Assembly (NCBI GenBank): GCA_043228905.1
Contig: JBHGNT010000002.1
Span: forward strand, 2,108,001 to 2,172,000
Length of the DNA stretch: 64,000 nt
Reading direction: 5' to 3'
From: Azolla caroliniana
Taxonomy: Eukaryota > Plantae > Polypodiophyta
A model generated the notes under the pieces. That model saw nothing but the letters and a program-made list of their open reading frames with translations. It was not told the DNA's origin and made no database searches. Below, piece by piece: positions 53,898-64,000 of this stretch. The position numbers and the translations under genes were made by a program. How positions within the stretch are numbered: position 1 is the first letter of the stretch; each line of letters opens with the position of its first letter.

Positions 53898-55664
53898 AGC
53901 CGCCAAACTGTGAAAATTTGTTTAATAGCTTGTTTCAGGCTTGAGATGAGTCGTTGCCGACTCCTACTTGCCACTATAGTGCTATCAACACAAGTCCCTC
54001 ATTTTCACTTCATCGTGGATTCAATACATCCTCCTTTGAATGCATGGCCCATCATGTGCCTCTTCAACTACCTACCATGTTCTCTACGGTACTCAACCAA
54101 CAATCCCCATATCATTGACCGACGCATTGAAACTTTGGCTAGACTTGCTCTTCGTAATATTGCCGATTCTGAAATGTAAAATTGGTGTGGATAGGGATGC
54201 AATTCCACCACGAAAACCCCTCAAGGATTCCATTACATTGCTCATCTTTGGATATATCGTAATGAGCCCATAACGTCATATGGGATAACAACCAATGCAA
54301 GTGGTGGAATTGCCCTAATGGTTGAGGCCCATTACAAAAAAGGCAAAATTCCAAAATGGTGCAACACGAAATGCAAATGGGGCGGATTTCAAAGAAAATC
54401 CTTTTCTTAAGCAAATGCAATTCATAAATAAAAATGCTTTTTACAAGGAATGTCATGATGCTCAAAAGTATAATATTTGTTTCCATGTAGTTAAAGAGAG
54501 AGAAAACATCATAGTACATTTACATGCAGATGAAAGACTTAACCAAAGAAATAGAAGAATACATAAAGTTAATCAACAATTTATACACATCCAAGAGCGC
54601 ACAAAGGCTTTAGTTACTTGGCAACATTGGCACACATCCTACATAGTTATGAGATGGAGGAAAAGACAACTTCAAAAAACTAATTATATTTATATATGTT
54701 TGTTGAGTTTTCATGTGAGCATGCTAGGGTCATTCCCGCATGCCCACTAGTGTCTTCCTCCCTAAGTGGATTAATAATATTATTATTTTGTAAGTGTTTC
54801 CAATCATGACGTTCATAGTCAATCTGGATCTTGCTTGTTAAATATTGTCTAATAAAATAATGAATCAGAACTAGTATGTTAGAGTTAACTCTATTTTTTT
54901 GTAAGCCCCTTATATTTAAATAATATGAAAAACCTAATGGAATCTTCTAGAAATCTATCAATCCATAAATAATGGTTGAATCCCCTCAGTTTCCTTTCTG
55001 GATATGTCTTCATTAGGCAATGAATCCCTCACTAGGCAAACAGAGGATGCCTAACGTCATAATTTCGGAACTCCTACTTTTGAATGTGAATATGGTGACA
55101 ATCCCATGTTTTGAACCAACATTTGTGTAGCTTATTTACATCAAAAGATCGAAGATAGTTTCTTTTTGGTTATTGGTACGAGTGGTTGTTTCATATGAAA
55201 TGCTTTTTGAGTTAGCGAAAATAGCTTGGCGAGTTTAAATACCAAATTAAATAACATATATGATGTTCTTTTTACTAATTTTTTTTAGTTGTTCAATAAT
55301 ATTTTCTCAAATTCACTAGAATAAAATAAAAAAAGTGTGCTTTTGTGTTGGAATGACCGATTCATTAGGATAATGAAGGGTTTTCACTAAAAAAAAGATG
55401 AAATTAAAGAAAAAAGAAACCATTTTATTGTAGTTTTTTTTCCTACTTAATATGGTGCAAAAGGAAGGATTACAAATAGAACATAATAACTTGTTGCTAA
55501 TTATAGTAACTTGAATCTTTATGGACTTTGTATATACATATATGATTATATCCATTATAAGAACTCATACGAACAAACAAATGTGGGAGAATTTATGTGC
55601 TATTATTTCCTTTCACGCATGTTGACTATATATGCGTAACGCTTAAATGGATTTTGAAAACAGA

Positions 55665-55860
55665 ACATCATTGATCACCTTATCACCCTTCTATTGCTAA
55701 TCGAAGTCAATCGTTTAAATGGTAAAAGATTATTTTATTCATTCACAGGCTTCAAGCGAGCTTTTGATATGGTGCTCATGAGCATCTTTGGAGACACATG
55801 GAAGAAGTCAAGGTACCAAGTGAATGGAGATATGGTTGCAAAATCTCAAACTTATGGAAG
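55665..55860 (+). mobile_element. Short RTE-like LINE RT fragment
   Basis: IIDHLITLL..IE...GKRLFYSFTGFKRAFDMV followed by MEEVKVPSEW matches the LINE RT region D.FKKAFD.VPR..LW.RM. Confidence 0.55.
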
Positions 55861-55964
55861 GCGGACAACATTGGATTATTTCATAAGTTTTGCGTAGTGT
55901 CTCAAGTGATAAAAATGTTGGCCAACAACGTATCCAAACCGAGCGTCCCGAGAACGCAATATTT

Positions 55965-56488
55965 ATACACGAGCATAGTGGGCATGTGCCTTTGAGTTTA
56001 GAGCCCGGAGAATGAGCATAAGTTCAACAATGATATCTATTATACACAAATATGTATAGTTTGGTCATTAGCCCGAGAGTATGACTGTTAGTCTATCAAG
56101 TTAGTGCTCGTGTCCGCGATTGTATTTGCCCGGTGTTTTCGGTCACCTGATATCGATAGAGGCGAGCTCTAGCTAAGAGCTCTTCCTTATCTATAATCAG
56201 AGAGCCCTGAGAGTGAGCACACGTTCAACAACGATATTGCATACACGAGCGCAGTGGGCAGGAGGCACCTTCGAGTTCAGGGCCACGAGAATGCGCACAA
56301 GTTCAACAATGATATCTAGGGACAAGTATGTATGTATAGTTTGGTCATTGGCCCGCTAGTCCGAGATTTGTCCGTTTGTTAGAGTCAAGGTCAGTGCTCG
56401 TGTCCGCATTTGTGTCTACATGGTTATCGGCCACCCGATACCGATAGATGCCAGCTCTAGATCAGAGCTTTTTTCTTATCTATAATCT
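55965..56488. repeat. Diverged tandem duplication (~276-bp period) immediately upstream of the formiminotransferase gene
   Basis: atacacgagc..agtgggca, agttcaacaatgatatct, gtatagtttggtcatt, agtgctcgtgtccgc and ttatctataatc appear in both copies (starting at 55965 and 56241). Confidence 0.8.
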
Positions 56489-56618
56489 GAACCCACCATA
56501 CTTAGCAATCAATGGCTTCTTCTGATGCCTACTGTTGGGATGGGATGTGTTTGAAGGTCTGTTCCCTGCAGAGCTTTCTGCATGTGTAGTTGTTAGTTTT
56601 TTCCCAAAAGACAGGGCA

Positions 56619-58963
56619 ATGAGGATGGCATGGAAGGAGGCCATGGTTTGCTGCAAGCTCTACATCTCGGAGAGCAGAAACGAGAAAGCTCTTTCAGCCA
56701 TTGCCAGAGTGGCAGAAAAGCACAGCCACAATGCACCCCTTGTAAACACATTCCCAGATCGAGAGTACAACAGGGTAGGATATACACTGGTGGGCGCCCT
56801 TAAAACTCAACCACATCAGCAGCAAGGTATTGCACCTCCTCCTTCTTTTGATTCTACATTTCCTCTTCATAGGGCTGTTGTGGATATGGTGGGAGCTGCT
56901 CTCTCACACATTGACATGGAACAACATGTGGGTTCTCACCCGAGGTTGGGTGTTGTGGACCACATGTGTTTTCATCCCCTCGGTTCGGCTACCCTCACAC
57001 CTGTAGCCTCGCTCACCCTTGCAGCCGCACGAGAAATCAGCCTCCAATTCCAAGGTTTCAATCTTCTTTACCTTCCTTTTCTGAATTTGTATATTTACTT
57101 TTAGCCCCATGGGACGCATTGCATTATGCATTTCGACATTTTGAAATTTCGAAGTGTCATTGAGATTTCGTGCCCGAATTTATATTTTCCTGACAACACA
57201 CAAAGTGTCAGCATTGACATTGGCATTGGCAATTGCTTCCACAGCTAACAAAGCCATATGAAAACGGACCTTAGGTAATAAGAAGACTCCAAATGTTGGG
57301 TGATAGCCTGTTTCCAGTTTCCTTTTCCTTCTGGAAATTCGAAGGGCCATATATAGCATTTTGTGTGGTAGCATCAGAGGTTTAGATCCGTGTACATGAG
57401 GCTCTGGTTCTGAAGTTTGGGTGTTAGTCTCTCCGTTATGATTGTTTTTTGTTTTGTTTCTAATCCTGAGGATAACATAATAAAAAGAATGTTAGGAAAT
57501 TTGTAGGGTCATAATATGCAGTTTGGAAAGTGACAATATGGGTTTGACTGTTGCTACCAAAGACATTAGCCATATATTTTAGGAGGTTTCGGTCAATTTC
57601 TCTTCTTTTTTTTCCTTTTTCTCTGATAGTTAATATTAAGGTTAACATAAAGGAAAAGGAACTTAAAAAAGGAGAAGGGTTACTGGTGGGGAGCTATTGT
57701 ATGGCTTGGCATTAAAGAGTAGATACACATCAGCTTTCGGTCTATGATTCCAATTCTCTTTTTGTTACTTGTTGTTGGTCTTTGCCATTAAGGAGCGATG
57801 CTCCAATCTCACAGTTAGGCCTTTTTGAGGCAAGCCCCAGGACTCAGTAGTGAACCTTGGAAGGGCAAAACAACAATTCAGGTAAGAGTCATGTTGAATC
57901 TTTTTGGGAAAACACAATCCAAATGTGTTTGTTTTTGTTCCAAAGCCTCTATTGTTGATTTTAAGCATAACTTTTGTAACGGTGACATTGCTGTCCCCTA
58001 AATTTAGCCAGTTGTATGCTGTATAACAAGACACAAAAATGAACACTTGCAATCCTTATTGACCCAAATTAGAGATTCTTACTAGCATCTCTTCTAACTG
58101 TACGAATGGTCTCTATGTTGAGTGTGGAACCACAAGTGTGCAGGCATAGGAAGATTGGGTACCCTTAGGAGCACAGAGACCCACCCAATTTACATGGGAG
58201 AAGAATATACATTGGCCTAACATTAAAAGCATAATGAATACGCTTCTCTTCTTACACTCATCTAACGCCAAAGTCACGCAATATTTAAGACAGTTACTGG
58301 ATGTCGGCATAATGTGACTACTACACCATCATATTACATTTGCAATTACTGTGTCTAGGCAATGCTATCAAATGTTTTCTGTTTGTCAAACCTTTCTGTA
58401 TGCTCATAGTGAATGCTTTACATGACTTGACTCTTTACATTTTTCTCGGTACAGTACCAACCTATGTATATGGAGCCGCACATCCGAATGGAAAACGTCT
58501 CGATGCAATAAGAAGAGATTTGGGATACTTTTCTCCAAATGCCCAAGGACAATGGAAAGGTACAACAGTCAGACAAGAATCACCTATACTACCAGATTTT
58601 GGTCCTGGGGTGAGGAACCCAAAAACAGGGGTAGTTGTAATTGGTGCTTGTCCATGGATTGCCAATTATAATGTGCCCATCCTCTCAAATGATCTTCAGT
58701 TGGGTGGTAAAATTGCAAGGAAAGTGAGTGCTCGGGGCGGTGGCTTACCAGCTGTTCAAGCCATGGCATTGCTTCATGGTTCCAATAAGCTTGAAATTGC
58801 ATGCAATCTTTTGGATACTAGTATAACTTCTGGTGAGAGGGTACAAGAGGAGGTTGCCAAGCTTGCCCATAAGGAGAATATTGATGTTGAACCAGGATAT
58901 TTTACTGACTTCAGTGAAGAACAAATCACAGAACTAGCCTATGAAAAGCTCTTTGCCAATTAA
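56619..58963 (+). CDS. Glutamate formimidoyltransferase / formiminotransferase-cyclodeaminase-like protein
   Basis: Exons 56619-57054 and 58455-58963 with a phase-1 GT-AG intron. Motifs: CCKLYISESRN, FPDREYNRVGYTLV, IDMEQHVGSHPRLGVVDHMCFHPL, VPTYVYGAAH, LDAIRRDLGYF, IARKVSARGGGLPAVQAMAL, EIACNLL, GYFTD. The start codon could be a nearby ATG. Confidence 0.9.
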
Positions 58964-59723
58964 AGATAACCTTGTAATGAAGGGGCTGAATGAGTTTAAA
59001 AAGGGAGGAAATAAGATTCTTTCCTAGCAAAATGAATGTCATAAAAACCCAGCTGCTTCCTCATCAGGTAAAGAAGCAAAACATGAAGAAGTAATGTTGA
59101 TAATAAACCTAAAGTTTTTCTCCCACAAAAGGATACTCGAATGTAATGAATAATGAAAGAAAATTATGAGTGAAGGCATGGATAATGAGAAACTATCAAT
59201 TGTTGATTGGAACATGCACGACCTAAACTTTAACATATTTGATATGAACTACATTTCTTCCAATCTTGGAGGCACACTGAATCTATACTGCTCAACAATG
59301 CTCTAAATGATTACATAACCATTGTGTAATATCCATTTATTTGAAGATGACCAGTGAATTAGGGTTTAGGATGGGATCGAAATGGACTTACAGGCAATAT
59401 TCTGATCACATACATTTGCTTGATTAGTGGTACAGTACAACCCTAAACCAAATAGAGAAATCTGACTAATGGTTAGCTATGTTCACAATGTTATTGCATC
59501 AATCAAACAGTCAAGTAATTCCAAATGCAAATAAGATTTACTAACAAATCACTTGATATCACTAACACTAATTCCCTGCAGGCCTAGCCTAGGGATAACA
59601 TTTCTTTGCAATAAGTTATAGACTACTAGCACCTTATTTACGCATCTCTACAAATTTTATTTGTTGCCCACCTATTAATCCGTCTTTTATAATATTAGAA
59701 TTCCAAAACACTAAAATCATGCT

Positions 59724-61345
59724 TTAGAATTAGAATTAGAATTTTTATCATCCATAAAGAGGCCAATTTTGACCTATGGAACCAGAGTATACATGTGTTC
59801 TTGATATATGTCTACTTCTTAAGAAGGGGTATTCATATGTTGAAGCACAAAGTCTCTATGTGTTAATAAAGCATACACATGAGCTCAACCTTCTAGGTGG
59901 TGTCTTAAGTATGGATCTTAAGTTATCACTCCCTCTTACTATGTCAACATATCTTGAACGAATTGCACTATATGTCGAGCATGTGAAGAGCAAGTGACAT
60001 TCATCCTCTACCATGCCTTCATTGCATACTTTACATGTCTTCAAATTTGTTACATTTTGATACCATGATGCAACTTCAATACCTAACTTGTGAGATCGAA
60101 TGCGAAGTAGTGTAAGGGCTCTACGAGCATTGCTACTCATATTGGTAATGAGATAAGGTTGGATACGATCAATAGACATTCTTGCTTTATATTGAGACCA
60201 ACATTCAGGGTTGACATTTGCAATGTAGTATTCTAGCTTTGGCCTCTTAGCATCCTCCCACTTCATCCTTAATGATTCCACCAACCTTTCCTCAATCATT
60301 ACATATTGCATAACATTGCCTGAAAGCTCTAAAAGACCATCCACACCCCATCTTCTAAACCATTTCTTTATGTCAACAACCCAACCAGATGAGAGAATCT
60401 TACTTTTATGATTCTTTTGTAGCTTACATCCAACATTCCAAGAAAGATGTGGTAATCGATGATTCAGCATATTCTTGACTTTTGTAATGTATTTATATAC
60501 TCTTTGGAGTGCCAATAGTTCTATGGATCGAACACCCGTTTCCAAGAGCATAATCTGGTAAGAGGTAGTGCATTTAACTCCTAATTGCCTCCTTAAAAAC
60601 ATCTTTTGAATTTTGTCAATCTCGTTCCATGCATTAAGAGAGATGGTGCCACCCCATACTTCTACTCCATAAAGCAATACTTGAGTTACCATTGCATTGA
60701 ACAACATTAATTTTACTTCCCATCCACAAGTATCACTTTGGTTGCATTGGTTCTCCAAAAGGTAATATGATTTCCAACTGGCTTGGAGTCTAGAATCAAA
60801 GCATGCACTCCATTTATTTGTGGCGGACACATCAATACCAAGATATTTAAAGCTTTTAACAAATTGTATATGTTCACCTTTATATGTGAGCATAGGGTAA
60901 TGATGAGGTTGGATGGTTTGCACTACCATCATTTTTGTTTTCTCCACATTCACTGCTAGTCCACTACTATGGCAAAATTCTTCTAATACCCCAAGTAAAT
61001 GTTGCATACTATCAACATCATATGAGAAGAGTACCACATCATTTGCATATAGAAGCAATAAGATAACATGTTGCATCAAATTGGGGCCATTCCATCCTTC
61101 TTCTCTTGCAACCTTATTCACCACTTCTTCTAATTTATCAATACATAAGCCAAAGAGTGTGAGTGATAGTGGACATCCTTGCTTGACCCCCATGTTACTT
61201 AAAAAGCTCTTTGAGAATCCACTATCCATTTTTAGTTGGCATTTAACTTGTTCATATAGGCGTGTAACTGCAACTCATTACTCTAATGGCATGTCAATGT
61301 CTACCATTCTATTCCAAAGCTCACTTCGTGGTACATTTAAAAAGG
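59724..61345 (-). mobile_element. 5'-truncated RTE/RTEX-like LINE with a (TTCTAA)3 tail
   Basis: 457-aa ORF at 59856-61229 with GVKQGCPLSLTLFGLCID, LLLYANDVVL, VNVEKTK, FKYLG and LRIRSHKL..CKVC..VEDECHLLFTC..Y..IR. The 3' end reads GGATGATAAAAA(TTCTAA)3 (repeat at 59724-59741). Confidence 0.88.
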
Positions 61346-61374
61346 CATTAAGGAATGTTGCAATGAGACATGAA

Positions 61375-61690
61375 TTTTGAGGTGTACATTTTTAGTTGAT
61401 GACACTCCACTTACTCAGCAATAAAATCATTTCAAGCATTTCCACAAAACACGAACCATGCTTAGAACAGTTACTAAAGATGTTACAATATATGACATAA
61501 AATTTGAGGTGTTTATTCAGGGGTCAAATCATTTCAGGCATTTCCCCAAAATATAGAACCCATGATTAAGAAATTAATTAAAGACTGCTAAAATTAAAAT
61601 AAGAGTTTAGAGACGTTCATTTTAGTTACTGATATTCAGCTCACTCATGAGTCCAATCATTTCAAGCATTTCTCAAAACATACAATCCTA
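61375..61690. repeat. Degenerate tandem repeat (~120-bp unit, ~3 copies)
   Basis: Recurring tttgaggtgt, catttttagtt, aatcatttca(a/g)gcattt and accatg motifs. Confidence 0.55.
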
Positions 61691-62089
61691 CAAAGCAGAA
61701 TAAAAATTTCATTTTATATTCACCATCTTCCCAATCTACGTGGAGGCTGTTTGTGCTTTTCACTACTATGCTTTAATATTAAATGCCGAGGGGTTAAGTG
61801 AAGCAAATAAATTGAAAATTGTTTGTGTCATGAGTAGAGGGGGTAAAATATTTAGACATCGAAAAAATGATCTCAAACAGACCAAATGGATTGAAGTACA
61901 AGCAATCTTTACTCTGAATATCTCACTTGAGATAACATTCCACTGCAAGTTTTTAACCCCAATATATATCCGCATAGAAAACTCTGAATGTCATAAATAA
62001 AAGTAAAACTTTCAGTGCGCTTGCTGCTATCAGAAAAACAGCTATTCTTGACCAAACTTCAGCTTTGAAGGATGTTAAGCAATTTATCC

Positions 62090-63027
62090 TCAGAGCCGAG
62101 CAATCACTGCCTCAACCTCTTGGGCAGTATATAAATGATATGTTGGAGCCACTTTCGCAATATCAACATTAGATGGAGTCACCTAGTAGGAAATAAGAGC
62201 AATAATAATGAGAAGCACTCTTCAAAGGGAATATGTTGTTTACTCTTGACATGAAGCAAATCTCACCTTTTCCTCCATTACTTGCTTCAGGGTTGTAAGA
62301 GCGAGAGTCTCGGCCTCTTCTAAAGTCATGTCCTGATGATAACATGACAAAAAACTAGATGAGCATTCGCTTGGAGAAAATGCAGTACAATGAACACAAA
62401 TACTTCTGGTTCATATTAATTTTGACTGGTCATAATTTTGGTGAGGACCCAAAGAGATAAACGATCCAACAGCATATTTTAGTAGGCAAGAATCTAACAC
62501 AATTATGCAGAAAAGCCACTTCTTAAAGATGCAATTAGAATACTGTCCCAAAAGTAACATAAACAAACATGGCTACAGCTGGCTTCCTAGAGATTCTTTC
62601 AATTAATACATGTCACTGTCGAGACCGGTTGTGGCCACCTAGTATTTGAGATGAGTTTAAAGGTGCTCCTTAATAGGGAAACACAAAGTCATTAAAAAGT
62701 GTAACATGCCTTTCGAAAAAGACTCGAGCTTCAAAATCAGAAAATCCATCATGCAATAGTTTAAATACATATTTCAAATCATTGCATGTCAAATTCTCTT
62801 AGCTTTGAAAGGATGAATAATAATAATAACATATTAGTGTCACCTTAAGAGTCTTATAAAGGTTGATATTCATGATAGATTTATTTACATGAAAGGAAAC
62901 ACACAGTTATAATTAAAACATCACCTTATTGTAATGTTCTTGAAGAGAAGTATCAGCACCCTCTGAGCCAGATCCAATAGCTTTGCCATTACATTGCCAA
63001 AATGTCCCTGAAGGATCAGTATGGTAC
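62090..63027 (-). CDS. PAE1: 20S proteasome subunit alpha type-5, last three exons (5' exons beyond the window)
   Basis: Exons 62925-63027 ([34 protein letters not shown]), 62267-62332 ([22 protein letters not shown]) and 62090-62182 ([30 protein letters not shown]). The PAE1/PAE2 paralog cannot be resolved. Confidence 0.92.
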
Positions 63028-64000
63028 CTACATTGGAAAAGGTAAGGCAGTGAAAGAATCTTTACGAATGAAGCAATTTTGAACATTTTGAACATTCAGA
63101 TAACTATGGTGGAGTTCTAATTTCATGTTTTTAACATTTGCCAAGCTCTGGGTTTAATTCACATTTATGTGTTGCACAGAGATGAAAGAAATTGAATGAA
63201 TATTATATTTAACAAAAATAATCATAGAAAATCAATAAATAATATCAAAATCCTTTCCCAACTTATATAAAACCGATACAAGAGATTATATAACACTTCT
63301 AATGATAGGAAATGTTTCCGAGGTCTGTGCAATTGGGCCAGTTTTTAAGGTCATTGCAGTACAACTGAGAGGAATATCTCTTAAAAATTAAGAGATAACG
63401 ATAGAAACCTTGGCAATGAGATGGAACACACTGCCATAGAAGAAAGCTGATACTATGTATGCACACATAACATTTAAGTCAAGGGTATGTTCACTAATCT
63501 TAGAAAGGGACTAATGTGATTGGATAGAAGAAATGAAAGGTGCGCGCACTATCATGTTCTTGACAACCAATGAATGGAGTTTTTTAGGAAAGCACATCTA
63601 TTCAAGGGGCCTAGGAAGAGGTATAAATATGAGGCCTAGCTAACTTCATAACACACATTATGTCGGAAGGCTACCATCTTAAGACACCGGTGGTGCAAGC
63701 TAGGCTTTCGTTGCAACAATCATGTTACCTCTTCCCACGTACTAGTCATTCAAGGTACAGTATTAAGGCTAAAAGAAACCAGCTGTATCAGTTCAACTTA
63801 CCTTGTTTCAACTTTATTAGAGTATATATACGTATAAGAGGTGAGGACTTCTAAGTCTAAGTAGGCTTTTTCTATGGCTTGGTTTTGATTTCATATTTTG
63901 CCCTGTTGCATATCTCGCAGCAGGTTCTCTATAAAGGCCAGAACACTCGGCAGATCTTCAGGTGTTAAAGCAGCTCCTTGTGAATATTGAGAAATGAAGA

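Noticed and set aside
53970-54520. Minus-strand VVEEAHDG, resembling a gypsy integrase zinc-binding region
   Set aside because: The following GGH and CxxC residues are not recognisable, so there is too little signal to call.
63028-64000. Additional proteasome alpha-5 exon or separate gene (ORF 63660-63854)
   Set aside because: No alpha-5 sequence (e.g. SRPFGVSLLIAG) or other motif was found, so the region is most likely intron.

Overview
Eukaryotic, intron-rich land-plant nuclear DNA. It is probably from a seed-free vascular plant such as a fern; this is an inference from the PLS-PPR relic style and the LINE content. I reconstructed five spliced genes by hand: katanin p80 WD40 subunit (minus strand, runs off the left edge), patatin/LRR/ARM phospholipase A I (minus), an unrecognised 11-exon ~588-aa protein with two predicted PH-like domains and a long disordered tail (minus), glutamate formiminotransferase-like (plus), and the last three exons of 20S proteasome alpha-5 (minus, runs off the right edge). 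The 9-30 kb interval is a transposon nest. A full-length but frameshifted Ty1/copia element (LTRs 14980-15394 and 20290-20703, TSD CACTT) sits inside an RTE-like LINE, followed by a decayed L1-like LINE that abuts duplicated PPR relics. The most notable observations are the tandem-PH/IDR gene, a 20-bp perfect hairpin present in only one of the two LTRs (template-switch signature), and a duplicated polypurine tract that brackets an extra ~0.5-kb 3' region of the copia element. All exon models, alignments and counts were made by eye, and no database searches were run.
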